Shown: positions 36,570 through 46,332 of the stretch, piece by piece | Numbering within the stretch: the first letter of the stretch is position 1 | How the letters are laid out: each line of letters begins with the position of its first letter | Source of the DNA: Methanobacteriota archaeon | Lineage (GTDB): Archaea; Thermoplasmatota; Poseidoniia; Poseidoniales; Poseidoniaceae | NCBI GenBank assembly: GCA_004195635.1 | Contig: PSPT01000003.1 | Span: forward strand, 38,146 to 102,145 | Direction of reading: 5' to 3' | DNA: 64,000 nt | Translations under genes and position numbers: made by a program | Notes under the pieces: model-generated | The model's database searches: none | The model's input: only the letters and a program-made list of their open reading frames with translations | Told to the model about the DNA's origin: nothing

Positions 36570-39500
36570 TTATATTCTTCTAACCCATTGGAAGGTTGTT
36601 TGATCTCGAGCATGCCACATTCCTGAACCTACGGGGTATTCCATCCATTCATTTCCGTCTGAACGAACTTCACCGGTCATGTTTGCAGTAGGTGTAGTTG
36701 GAGTCATGGCTTGATCTGAAGCAGTTGGCATCATTACTGCATGAGCGGTTTGGGCAACAGGTCTGCCAAAGGCATCAACTTGCTGAGCAGGTTGGACTGG
36801 CTGGGCATAGGCAGGTTGGACTGGCTGGGCATAGGTAGGTTGGGCTTGCGCACCATAATCCCCGGCTACTTGCTCGGCATACATTTCTTCCTCCCAACTA
36901 TCATCATCATCATCATCATCACCCCGCCGCATTATTGTAAATAGCATAATTAGTACTACTGCAATGATGACAAGAACGACTCCAATGATGGCTAGAGTCG
37001 TCGTTGACATTCCAGCAATTCCATCGGAATCGCCAAACAATCCACCAGATGAGGTTCCATTTCCTCCTCCATCATTATTATCCTCAATTTCAATTATCAT
37101 TTCTGGCGGGCAGCCAAGCCACTCAATTGCAGTAGAGGTGCCGTAATTATCGGGACATACATCAGCATCAAGCCCAGTAGTATTATCACCAAATCCATCA
37201 CCATCGGCATCGGCCCATTGAGTTACATCAGTTCTAAAGGCATCAGCCCCGTTGGTTGTAAACCAAGTCAATCCATCGGGGTCAGAATAACCATCGCCAT
37301 CAGTATCAACACAACCTTCTCTATCCTCGGAAGAAGTACCACTTTGGTTTGGACAGGCATCCTTTGAATCACCAATTCCATCACCGTCTATATCTCGGTA
37401 ATCATCTACATCATTAGGGAAGGCATCGAGAACATCAGCATAACCATCGTCATCGGTATCTCGGCAACCATAGAATTCATCCTTCCAAGAACTACCAAAT
37501 TCCAAAGGACAAGCATCCTGCATATTTGCAAGGAATAAATACTCGCCAGGCCAATTTTCATTTCTAGTGACTTGCCAAGACTCATTTCCAAAATTGTCTC
37601 CATATCCATCTTCATCAAAGTCGGTCCACTGGGTTGAATCATTAGCAACTGCATCTGCTCCATCCTCAACTAACCAAAATGAATCTGGGTCGGAATAACC
37701 ATCGGAATCCATATCTGGGCAACCCCATCTGTCATCAATCGAAGAACCGGCATCATTCGGGCAATCATCTGGACGAATCCCATCTTGGTTATCACCAAAC
37801 CCATCACTATCACTGTCTATCCACTGAGTTGAATCAAGAGGAAGGGCATCTTCACTATCTGCCCATCCATCTCCATCTCCGTCTAAACAACCATCCAAGG
37901 TTCCGTTATTGGAGGACCCAAATACATCTGGGCAATCATCTGTGATGTTGGCCCAGCCATCACCATCATCGTCGGGGCAACCGAGGTAAGCACCGAGGCT
38001 AGAATTTCCGGCCTCGTCAGAACAAGCATCAGAAGAATCATTGACGCCATCACCATCATCATCCGAATCTTCATCTGCATCACGACAACCATCACCATCA
38101 ATGTCAGATGAAGGCTCACTGACCCACACTGGACGTTGCAATATGGCATGATCCCAATTACTCTTAGGACAGGAATCGTTTGTGTCTTCAACATTATCAT
38201 TGTCATCATCTAAATCTTCATTTAAGTCGCGGCAACCATCTAAATCCCAATCGGTAGAAGTGTTTTTATCAAGTGGGTCTGAATCTGAAATCCAGCCGAT
38301 CTCGCCTTGTGGGCAATCGTCACCGGAATTATCAAGGATTGTGTCATTATCATCATCATAATCACATGCATCACCATCTAAATCCTGATCTAAATCTTCC
38401 TGCAAGGGGTTTGCATCATTTGGACAATTATCTAAATCATCTGGGATTCCATCTCCATCAGCATCAGCAGCGAGAAGACCTGATGAACTCCAAATATAGG
38501 GGTTGATAGAAGCCAATGCGGTTTGTGAACCAGAATTTGTTGAACTGAAATCAATACTGCCACTGAATGTGCCAACAATAGAAATATTCCCTCCATTATC
38601 AACTGCAATATCAGCAGCATTATTATCTGCACTTGAATTTGCTCCAAATGCGGAAACCCATGAACCTGAATTGGAGATAATAGCCAAAGCACTATCGTTT
38701 GCACCTTGGGAACTGATTGTGTCGGGCCCGAGAGTAATTGAACTTGCACTGGAAATTGACAGAACGCCATTGTCTGACATTGGGTCAACAGCGACATCGG
38801 TGACGCGGTCGTAAGTACTACCTCCAACAAGAGCAGACCAACTCCAAGTGTTTGGAGTTGCAAGTTTTGCAACCCACCCACTCGTATCCCCGCCAGGTGA
38901 ATTGAGGGTAGTGGAACCAAAAGTAATGCTCGAAGTGAAAGTCCCCCCGAGGAATAAATCGCCGTTTGTAAATTCATCAATTCCATAGATAAAACTGTCC
39001 GCTCCAGAAATCGACATCGCTGATTTCCATGCTCCAGTGGAATCAATTTGCGCAAGAACTGGAGTTGAATCACCAGGTGTTCCGGTAACTGAATGGGAGC
39101 CGAAATTCATATTTCCATCAAAGGTACTCGAAATCCATGTATCTCCATTTGATTCCATATACATCGCTTGAGTTTCTTGGAATGCAGGACCTCGCGCTTC
39201 AGCAGTCCACTGTAGACTACCTGATGAAGCATATTTGGCAACGAAAATTTCAGCATCATCTCCGCTTGTTCCGCCGCTATCTACTGCTGTTCCTACATCG
39301 GTATTGCCGATGAATAGTCCCGACACCACAACGCCTGAATTGGATGCTACAATAGCAGTTGGCCATACTGCATCAAGAGTTGTTACTGTCGTACCATCAT
39401 AATCACCATTTCCTTGCAATGCACTTGCCCATTGCCATTGACCAGCAGAGTTGGCCTTTGCAGTATATGTATCATAATAACCAGTCGAGGTAAGGCTATG

Positions 39501-40061
39501 GCTACCAAAATCAATTGTACCATAAAACATACCAGTCACATACATATCTCCGTTTGCCGATACTGCGATACCAGATAGAGTTGATTCAGAATTAGTTCCA
39601 GCACCAACTCCAGTTTCAGCCGTTTCAGCCCATTGCCAATTGCCCGATGAATCAGATTTGCCAAACCATGGTTGAATATAATTTGCTGAAGAAACTGCAT
39701 TTGGACCGAGGGACAATGAAGAACTACCACTAAATATTCCTGCGGAATATATGTTTCCAGAGACTGGCTCAACTGCAACGGCACTGCCCACTGCAGGGGA
39801 TGAACTAGCTCCAATATCAGACCAGCCCGCAATAGCACGGGCGCCTGAGCGAGCAGCAGCAAAAGAAGAGGAATCAAGAGCAGTGATACTACTTCTGTCA
39901 TCACTTGTAACTGGCGAGTCCACAGAATCTAGAGAGAAGGTTGAACTATCGTCCGAAAAGAAGGCAAAATTAGCCAAAATACTTGTGAGTAATAGTAAAG
40001 TAAGAACACCTGCAATTCCAGTTCGGCTGGTTGCCTTTGGAGTTTGAATAGAGGTCGCCAT
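36570..40061 (-). CDS. Giant exported surface protein with SBBP-type beta-propeller repeats, thrombospondin-type-3-like Ca-binding repeats, a C-terminal TM anchor and a cytoplasmic poly-Asp plus QPxYAQPV-repeat tail
   Basis: N-terminal signal (GIAGVLTLLLLTSILANFAF). Repeats of the form G.FxG.IDFGS...S.G..D.YVAK (SBBP-like). Multiple DxDxDGxxDxxDxCP units (TSP3-like). TM helix LAIIGVVLVIIAVVLIMLFTI followed by RRGDDDDDDDSWEEE and YAQPVQPAYAQPVQPAQQ. The track start is 40106; an internal Met at 40061 precedes the signal peptide. Confidence 0.75.
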   Translation of the reverse strand: MATSIQTPKATSRTGIAGVLTLLLLTSILANFAFFSDDSSTFSLDSVDSPVTSDDRSSITALDSSSFAAARSGARAIAGWSDIGASSSPAVGSAVAVEPVSGNIYSAGIFSGSSSLSLGPNAVSSANYIQPWFGKSDSSGNWQWAETAETGVGAGTNSESTLSGIAVSANGDMYVTGMFYGTIDFGSHSLTSTGYYDTYTAKANSAGQWQWASALQGNGDYDGTTVTTLDAVWPTAIVASNSGVVVSGLFIGNTDVGTAVDSGGTSGDDAEIFVAKYASSGSLQWTAEARGPAFQETQAMYMESNGDTWISSTFDGNMNFGSHSVTGTPGDSTPVLAQIDSTGAWKSAMSISGADSFIYGIDEFTNGDLFLGGTFTSSITFGSTTLNSPGGDTSGWVAKLATPNTWSWSALVGGSTYDRVTDVAVDPMSDNGVLSISSASSITLGPDTISSQGANDSALAIISNSGSWVSAFGANSSADNNAADIAVDNGGNISIVGTFSGSIDFSSTNSGSQTALASINPYIWSSSGLLAADADGDGIPDDLDNCPNDANPLQEDLDQDLDGDACDYDDDNDTILDNSGDDCPQGEIGWISDSDPLDKNTSTDWDLDGCRDLNEDLDDDNDNVEDTNDSCPKSNWDHAILQRPVWVSEPSSDIDGDGCRDADEDSDDDGDGVNDSSDACSDEAGNSSLGAYLGCPDDDGDGWANITDDCPDVFGSSNNGTLDGCLDGDGDGWADSEDALPLDSTQWIDSDSDGFGDNQDGIRPDDCPNDAGSSIDDRWGCPDMDSDGYSDPDSFWLVEDGADAVANDSTQWTDFDEDGYGDNFGNESWQVTRNENWPGEYLFLANMQDACPLEFGSSWKDEFYGCRDTDDDGYADVLDAFPNDVDDYRDIDGDGIGDSKDACPNQSGTSSEDREGCVDTDGDGYSDPDGLTWFTTNGADAFRTDVTQWADADGDGFGDNTTGLDADVCPDNYGTSTAIEWLGCPPEMIIEIEDNNDGGGNGTSSGGLFGDSDGIAGMSTTTLAIIGVVLVIIAVVLIMLFTIMRRGDDDDDDDSWEEEMYAEQVAGDYGAQAQPTYAQPVQPAYAQPVQPAQQVDAFGRPVAQTAHAVMMPTASDQAMTPTTPTANMTGEVRSDGNEWMEYPVGSGMWHARDQTTFQWVRRI
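36787..36850 (-). repeat. 24-bp perfect tandem repeat (2 exact copies plus a degenerate third) encoding the cytoplasmic QPAYAQPV repeat
   Basis: gcaggttggactggctgggcatag occurs at 36787-36810 and again at 36811-36834, followed by gtaggttgggcttgcg. Confidence 0.85.
36899..36922 (-). repeat. (ATC)7 trinucleotide microsatellite encoding the poly-Asp stretch
   Basis: tcatcatcatcatcatcatc seen directly. Confidence 0.8.
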
Positions 40062-40210
40062 GTGTTGCCGTGGAGGTTTTAGGTGTTGAAACCTACCCTT
40101 TCGCAATTTTGATAATTATCTGCAATAATAAACAGTGAAGCCAATAATGGATAATTTTTCAACCTTCAAAGAAAGGAAAAATCCACCCCTCATCCAAAAG
40201 ATGGCAGGAA

Positions 40211-41197
40211 TTACGAAAACGGCAACTCTGTGCCCGAAATGCCGTGAATAATAGTGGGGCCTTCAATTGGCAATTTTGTTAGCCAAGCGGGTATCATTAA
40301 TTTACGCGCAATTACAGTAACGCTTTGTGGATTCAATCTCCACCAGCGCAATAATCCCCCACTAACATGAGAATCAACATCACCGCTGCTCAATACTTCG
40401 GCCCTTCTTTCTTCTACCAATGAAGGCAAACCATGTAATAATTCCATTTCGGTTAGTTGGCTGATCGCTGGCAAAGAAGTAATATTGGGAATTGTCTGCA
40501 TTGGAGTGATTTTTTCAGTCACAACACAAGTATTAGAAAATGAATCTTCAACAATAATCCATTCCATTTGTGCGCTATTCTCGGCAGATTCAAGGCTACC
40601 TCTTACTAACCAAAGGGTAGCCTCAAGTAAAACAGGGTTTAGTGATAGCCCCGATCTGCCTCTTTCTTTCATCAATGCGTGAACATCTACCACTGGAGGA
40701 ATAGAAATGGTGGAATCTCCAAGTTCGAGAGAAGTGAAAGGTGAATCATGAGTGGGAGAAACTGGGAGAGAGCCATCAATACTGGCTGGAATTATTGGAA
40801 CGACCGGCGAAGTGGGTGAAGTAATAGACAACTCGTTGGAAAGAACGGCATCGCCAATTATTTGTGAATATTTGTTTGGAGTCCAAATTATTAGTGAAGT
40901 TTCACTTGCAAAATGGTCGGCGTCAAAATCTATAGATGAGCGTTGGCAGATGATTAAATGATCTCCTTGACTCACATCTACAAGCCATCTCTCAATTTCG
41001 GTTACTCCCAAAGGCACCCAACCTTCACCTGAAGACCAAATGTCACATCCGCTAAAGATTCCATGCTTCGCTAATGCGCGAGGTGAATTTTCCAACCTGC
41101 CTATCCAATGAAGAGAACCACTGGGTATTTGTGGGGCATTTTGCGTGCTGAGTTCAGCACCAACGGCGCCCAGTAATTCAACAAGGCTCAGCCCCAT
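40211..41197 (-). CDS. Hypothetical protein (328 aa) occupying the position where nusA-rps12-rps7 normally follow rpl30e
   Basis: ORF with no recognised motifs. It is Ser/Pro/Leu-rich and is not NusA-like (no KH motifs). Confidence 0.4.
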   Translation of the reverse strand: MGLSLVELLGAVGAELSTQNAPQIPSGSLHWIGRLENSPRALAKHGIFSGCDIWSSGEGWVPLGVTEIERWLVDVSQGDHLIICQRSSIDFDADHFASETSLIIWTPNKYSQIIGDAVLSNELSITSPTSPVVPIIPASIDGSLPVSPTHDSPFTSLELGDSTISIPPVVDVHALMKERGRSGLSLNPVLLEATLWLVRGSLESAENSAQMEWIIVEDSFSNTCVVTEKITPMQTIPNITSLPAISQLTEMELLHGLPSLVEERRAEVLSSGDVDSHVSGGLLRWWRLNPQSVTVIARKLMIPAWLTKLPIEGPTIIHGISGTELPFS

Positions 41198-41241
41198 GAA
41201 GTAATGACCATCGGGCCAAGCCCTTCAATAAGTCGGAGATT

Positions 41242-41541
41242 TCACTCGAGATTTGTAGCCAAGGAAAGCAAATCACTTTTTCCAGCATCAAGGATACAGA
41301 GAGTGCTTACCGAGAAAGGTTTAGCACAAGCAGTTCCAAGGTCACGGTTGACCATTAGAACGCGGTGCTTTACCACATCAGGGTGGCGTGCGTGTAACTC
41401 ATCGATGTAATCTTGAGGGCAATTTGCTGCCAAAATTACAAGTTTTGCTTCGCCTCGTGCACATGCATCCATTGTTTGACGCTGTCCGAAAAGTAGTGAA
41501 CCACTACTTATTGCTGTCTTTAGTTGTCTTGTCATATCCAT
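41242..41541 (-). CDS. rpl30e: Ribosomal protein L30e
   Basis: About 99 aa with KLVILAANCP and LGTACAKPFSVSTLCILD motifs characteristic of the L30e/L7Ae fold. Canonical position downstream of rpoA''. Confidence 0.9.
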   Translation of the reverse strand: MDMTRQLKTAISSGSLLFGQRQTMDACARGEAKLVILAANCPQDYIDELHARHPDVVKHRVLMVNRDLGTACAKPFSVSTLCILDAGKSDLLSLATNLE

Positions 41542-41587
41542 AATTATTCCTCCATACTCTGCATTTGCTTCTCATGGTTTGAGTGTT

Positions 41588-43150
41588 TCAGTTCTCCCGA
41601 GGGACATAGTACAGTTCAACACTACCTGTTCCCAAAGAGATTGGCTGACCAACAATGATGTTTTCTGCAACACCAGTTAAGCGATCACGCTCTCCTACAA
41701 TTCCTGCTCTTAGCAAGTGATTAACAGTAACTTCGAAAGCAGCACGGGCAAGAATACTGTGCTTTGTTCCAGACACACCGTGGCGGCCGATTGCTCGGAC
41801 TGCACCTTCGCTGGTCATTACATCAGCGACCATCAACAAGTGGCGGTCATCAACTTCCAAACGGGCTCCTTCAAGCGTCAACTTCAATTCATTTACTATT
41901 GCTTGACGAGCGGCTTCAATACCCAAGAAATCATAAATTTCCATGATATTATTTGTATATGTACGGCTTCGGTCAATTCCATCCATGTCAGAAACGCGGG
42001 TGAGATTACTTCCTATAGTAGAGAGATAATACTCACCTGTTTCATCATCAAGTTGAACATTGGCTCGTTGAATACTTGGGACGCCTTTTAATCGCAGGTC
42101 CTTTACCTTGTCTTCAAGTTGGAGCAATTCTGTATAAGAAGGGATTACATCTTTATCAGATTCAGTTTGTCGTCCTGGAACGATTGTCAATACCTTTGGA
42201 TTGCTTTCCTTATCTGCTTCGATGTAAAGGCGGAGGGCACGACCTAACTTGTCACGGACTTCGTCAGCAGTCATATTTCTCTGCTTCAGATTTCCCTTGT
42301 GCAGGTTCAAAACCAAACGGCGTTGTGCTACGTCGGTATTTAAGTCGGCAATATTCTTTGTAAGAGTTACTTCAAGTGCTGCTGCCATTTTCTTGGCTTC
42401 AAGTGCATTCTTTGAATCATCTTCAGATCTCTTTGAATCATCCAAATAAATTGTCATTGTTGGAGTCTGTGGTATCTTTCGAGCATCAACAACTTCGATA
42501 ATACGAGGCAAACCTTGAGTCACGTTAACTGTCGCAACACCCGCATAGTGGAAAGTACGCATAGTCATCTGAGTACCGGGTTCTCCAATTGATTGTGCTG
42601 TAAGAATTCCTGCTGCTTCGTGCGGGTCAATACGTGCGCGAGCAAAAGCAACTCGGGCTTGCTCAATGATAGATTCAGCCTGCTTCTTGGTAATCTTGAC
42701 CTTGTCTCTAGCAATAACTGCCTTTGTTAGGTCTGATAGAACTCGCTCGGTTAACATTGGGCTACCGGTGGCTTCATCAGCCTTTTCAAGGGCATTGAAA
42801 ATGGGGTTTTCAACAAATTCATGCAAATTTCCAATCATCTTTCGCTCATAGTCATAGGACTCCAACTCCTGCTCCACCTTAGGGCGAACAGTTCGTCGCT
42901 TTCGTCGGCGAACGACAGTAAGATTTCCTCCATCAATTGAACTTGAACGGGCAGACTTGGTTGCATTAACAATAATTTGATGCACCTTTGCAGCAGTTTC
43001 GCTATCTGTTTCGCAGATTTTTGCGATTTCCTGAGCAGTAAGAACTTTTACATTATCCCACTTTCTGTCATCTGCAAGAAGATGAGCAAATTCTTCAGGT
43101 ACAAGCATATCCATTAGTTTCTTCTTGGTTGCACTCTTTACTACCATCAA
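41588..43150 (-). CDS. rpoA2: DNA-directed RNA polymerase subunit A'' with an extra N-terminal domain of about 120 aa
   Basis: Conserved A'' core [28 protein letters not shown], and so on to the C-terminus. The core starts at about residue 185 instead of about 60. The N-terminal extension is paralogous to the N-terminus of the RpoH gene product (see findings). Confidence 0.95.
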   Translation of the reverse strand: MMVVKSATKKKLMDMLVPEEFAHLLADDRKWDNVKVLTAQEIAKICETDSETAAKVHQIIVNATKSARSSSIDGGNLTVVRRRKRRTVRPKVEQELESYDYERKMIGNLHEFVENPIFNALEKADEATGSPMLTERVLSDLTKAVIARDKVKITKKQAESIIEQARVAFARARIDPHEAAGILTAQSIGEPGTQMTMRTFHYAGVATVNVTQGLPRIIEVVDARKIPQTPTMTIYLDDSKRSEDDSKNALEAKKMAAALEVTLTKNIADLNTDVAQRRLVLNLHKGNLKQRNMTADEVRDKLGRALRLYIEADKESNPKVLTIVPGRQTESDKDVIPSYTELLQLEDKVKDLRLKGVPSIQRANVQLDDETGEYYLSTIGSNLTRVSDMDGIDRSRTYTNNIMEIYDFLGIEAARQAIVNELKLTLEGARLEVDDRHLLMVADVMTSEGAVRAIGRHGVSGTKHSILARAAFEVTVNHLLRAGIVGERDRLTGVAENIIVGQPISLGTGSVELYYVPREN

Positions 43151-46100
43151 ACTTCACCTCCATCGGTTTCTGCTGGGCTATCCTCATAACCGCCAAGGTC
43201 ATCTTCATCGCGGTTATATGAATCACGTTCTTCGGAACGCTTCTTTGGGCCAATTACTTTATCGATAATTACATCAAAGTTAACGGGGTTACCGTGGTTA
43301 GAACGAGTTGGGTCGATACCATCCTCTCCGTATTCGAATTGAATGATACGATCTGCGGTATTTCGTACCGACAACTTTTCATCCTTGAAAACTTTTAAGT
43401 CATCCATTGCGTTAATTAGACGGCGTTGCATATAACCAGACTTACTGGTACGAACCGCAGTATCAACTAACGATTCACGACCTGAAACTGAAAGCATAAA
43501 GAATTCAGTAGGCTGCAAACCACGTTTGAAGGAACTGCTGATGAAACCTTTTTGTCGAGCTCCTTTGTCTCCTCGCTTGAAGTGTGTCAGTACACGGTCT
43601 TGGTATCCGCGCTCTAATCTCTTTCCACGCACCTTTGCCTGACCAATAGAACCAGCCATCATGGTCAAGTTGTCCATTGAACCACGAGCGCCAGAAACAG
43701 CCATGCTAACTGCAGCGTTATCTTCGCCGCTTGCGAGTAATTCTTCCTTCGCAACATCACCAGTTTTTCCCTTTTGCTTGTCAAGAATCATCATGATGTT
43801 TTCCTCAAGAGTTTCCTTTAAAGTGCGGCCAGGACGGGCTTCATAACCTCTTCCGGTTTTTCCGTACTTTGCCATTTCCTCTCTTACGAGTTCACGAGCA
43901 TCTTCATTGATTTGCTCAATTTGTTCAAGAGCACCAGGAGTTAAATCCTCATCATCAATACCTGTTGTGAAACCTAACGCAGTACATGCAGCAATAGTGA
44001 TTTTTGTCATTTCGTTGAGGAATTTTGCACCTTCGTCTGGTCCATTTGTTTGAACAACAGCATCCAATAGACTTCCATCTTCAGCACCAATCGCTCTCTT
44101 GTCAAGAGTACCTGAAAGGCTGCGGCCGTTAACCACAACTTCCTCTCCACTTCGATTATTAAATCGTAGACTGATGTTTTCGGGAACAATTAGGCCTAGC
44201 AGATCGTGTCCACTAAATCCCTTTACTCCTTCCTTTAGAATCATCTTTGGCATTTTTCCTACATAGCCGATTCTTCCGATGATTTCCATAGCAGTTGATT
44301 CATCAACCCAAGTGTCGCCGCGTGTAAGTAGGTAAGCACCAGAAATGTGGTCGTGTATTCCACCAATTACTGCTCCACCATAACGGGGGGTTAAGATGTG
44401 TTCTTGGACTCTCATCAAAATTTGAGCCTCAGCACGGGCCTCTTCTCCCTGAATAACGTGCAAATTCATCTCATCACCATCAAAATCCGCGTTGTATGGA
44501 GTACATACTGCTAGATTGAAACGGAATGTTCTACCTGGCATTACACGAACTTCGTGAACCATCATAGACATTCGGTGTAGAGATGGCTGCCGGTTAAAGA
44601 TAGCAACATCACCATCGATTAGGTGACGTTCAACGATTAGACCGGGCTTTGGCAAACCATCTTGATCTACAGTAGATAGACGGTCATCTGTTCGTGAAGG
44701 GAAACCATTAGTTTCAGGTGAACCACAGTGAGGGCAAGTAACTTCCAAATGTTCAGGATAGTCGTCATCTGGATTAGCCAAATCCCACTTCCAGCGATAG
44801 TGCAAGATAGCACGAGGGTCTTCTTCGGGGAGAATCTGACGCTTGTCATCTTCACCACGGAGGTTTAGTAGAGTTGCCTTTTCGTCAACAATAAAGTAAT
44901 CCTCAGACTCTGGCTCTCCACCAATAGTAGTTTCAACCCGGCGAGTCATCTGTTTGATAACAAGTCCTGGTAGGAAGTTAGGTGCAGGTAGAACGCTGTG
45001 AAGGTCATGGCGCAATGTTGTTTCTTCCATGCAATCTGGGTTGAAACAACGGAAACCGGAATTGATTAGACGGCTGCGGTCATTAATTCTCACACGGCGA
45101 CCATCATTTCGAAGAACATAGTTTACACCTGGGTGCTTTTCTGGACCCTTGAAAATCATCTGGCGCAATTCCTCTCGGTTACGGCGGGTAACACGAATAG
45201 GCACAGTAAGTTCACGGGCAACCCATTCAGGTACACCTACTTCGTTGATGCTTAGGAATGGGTCTGGTGAGATAACAGAACGGGCACAGAAATTAACACG
45301 CTTACCGGACAAGTTACTACGGAAACGTCCTTCCTTACCTTTGAGACGTTGTGTGAGCGTCTTTAATGGGCGGCCAGAACGGTGTCTGGCCGGTGGGATT
45401 CCACTTGTTTGGTTGTCAAAGTAAGTTGTAATGTGGTATTGCAGTAATTCCCACAAATCCTCAACAATTAGTTGCGGAGCACCAGCATCACGATTTTCAC
45501 GAAGGCGCTGATTAATTCGAAGAACGTCAACTAACTTGTGAGTCAAATCATCCTCAGAACGGTCTCCACTATCTAGGGTGATAGAAGGTCGAACTGTAAT
45601 TGGTGGTACTGGTAATACCCGCATTACAACCCATTCAGGGCGGTTTGAACGGTCCATGCCGAGGAAGATTAGGTCATTTGGTGGAATTCGTTCCAGCCAT
45701 TCACGAACATCGCGAGCATTTAATTTCTTTTCAGTGATCTTGCTTGCTCCCTTTACATCCATCTTTTCCTTGAAAGTTGTTGGCTTATCCAATTGAATCT
45801 TACCTTGGCTTGCTCCGCAATGCATACAAACCGCACGCTTTGCAGAGGCGGTTAACTTCTCAATATCCTTAATCGCCTTGGCGAATTCTTTAGAACCTAC
45901 ACCGTGCTTCAAATTGACATCATTCACTCGGGCTCGGTAGTAATCTTGCTCAGATAATTCAGGATTTGAAGGGTGAGTTCCTGCTGCTTCGTGCAAAAGA
46001 ACACGGCTACAAACATTACAAGTCACCTTTAGAGCAGTCTTGATTAGATTCACGAAACCGATGTGAGTGACTGGAAGTTCAAGTTGGATGTGCCCAAAGT

Positions 46101-46332
46101 GACTAGGGCATTCATCGTACTTATTTCCACATGTATCACAACGAATCCCCGGCTCAATAACACCCATCTTAGGGTCCATCAATCCTTGGCGGAATGCATG
46201 TCCGTCATCTTTGTAAGTATCTGCTGTCTTAACTTCAACTGCAGACATTTTACGGATTTCATTTGGGTCCATTAAGTTGAACCTAATGCTTGAAATTCGC
46301 TTTGGAATCATGGTAATTGAACTTTGCTTCAT
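43147..46332 (-). CDS. rpoA1: DNA-directed RNA polymerase subunit A' (1061 aa, with acidic C-terminal extension)
   Basis: N-terminal zinc-binding clamp [17 protein letters not shown] and the catalytic [10 protein letters not shown] motif. The stop overlaps the rpoA'' start (ATGA). Confidence 0.95.
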   Translation of the reverse strand: MKQSSITMIPKRISSIRFNLMDPNEIRKMSAVEVKTADTYKDDGHAFRQGLMDPKMGVIEPGIRCDTCGNKYDECPSHFGHIQLELPVTHIGFVNLIKTALKVTCNVCSRVLLHEAAGTHPSNPELSEQDYYRARVNDVNLKHGVGSKEFAKAIKDIEKLTASAKRAVCMHCGASQGKIQLDKPTTFKEKMDVKGASKITEKKLNARDVREWLERIPPNDLIFLGMDRSNRPEWVVMRVLPVPPITVRPSITLDSGDRSEDDLTHKLVDVLRINQRLRENRDAGAPQLIVEDLWELLQYHITTYFDNQTSGIPPARHRSGRPLKTLTQRLKGKEGRFRSNLSGKRVNFCARSVISPDPFLSINEVGVPEWVARELTVPIRVTRRNREELRQMIFKGPEKHPGVNYVLRNDGRRVRINDRSRLINSGFRCFNPDCMEETTLRHDLHSVLPAPNFLPGLVIKQMTRRVETTIGGEPESEDYFIVDEKATLLNLRGEDDKRQILPEEDPRAILHYRWKWDLANPDDDYPEHLEVTCPHCGSPETNGFPSRTDDRLSTVDQDGLPKPGLIVERHLIDGDVAIFNRQPSLHRMSMMVHEVRVMPGRTFRFNLAVCTPYNADFDGDEMNLHVIQGEEARAEAQILMRVQEHILTPRYGGAVIGGIHDHISGAYLLTRGDTWVDESTAMEIIGRIGYVGKMPKMILKEGVKGFSGHDLLGLIVPENISLRFNNRSGEEVVVNGRSLSGTLDKRAIGAEDGSLLDAVVQTNGPDEGAKFLNEMTKITIAACTALGFTTGIDDEDLTPGALEQIEQINEDARELVREEMAKYGKTGRGYEARPGRTLKETLEENIMMILDKQKGKTGDVAKEELLASGEDNAAVSMAVSGARGSMDNLTMMAGSIGQAKVRGKRLERGYQDRVLTHFKRGDKGARQKGFISSSFKRGLQPTEFFMLSVSGRESLVDTAVRTSKSGYMQRRLINAMDDLKVFKDEKLSVRNTADRIIQFEYGEDGIDPTRSNHGNPVNFDVIIDKVIGPKKRSEERDSYNRDEDDLGGYEDSPAETDGGEV

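Noticed and set aside
37406-39073. Several Met/His/Leu-rich ORFs on both strands inside the giant surface-protein gene
   Set aside because: Shadow frames of the Asp/Gly-rich TSP3-repeat region (GAT/GAC-rich DNA). None is conserved-looking and all are fully contained in the 1178-aa ORF.
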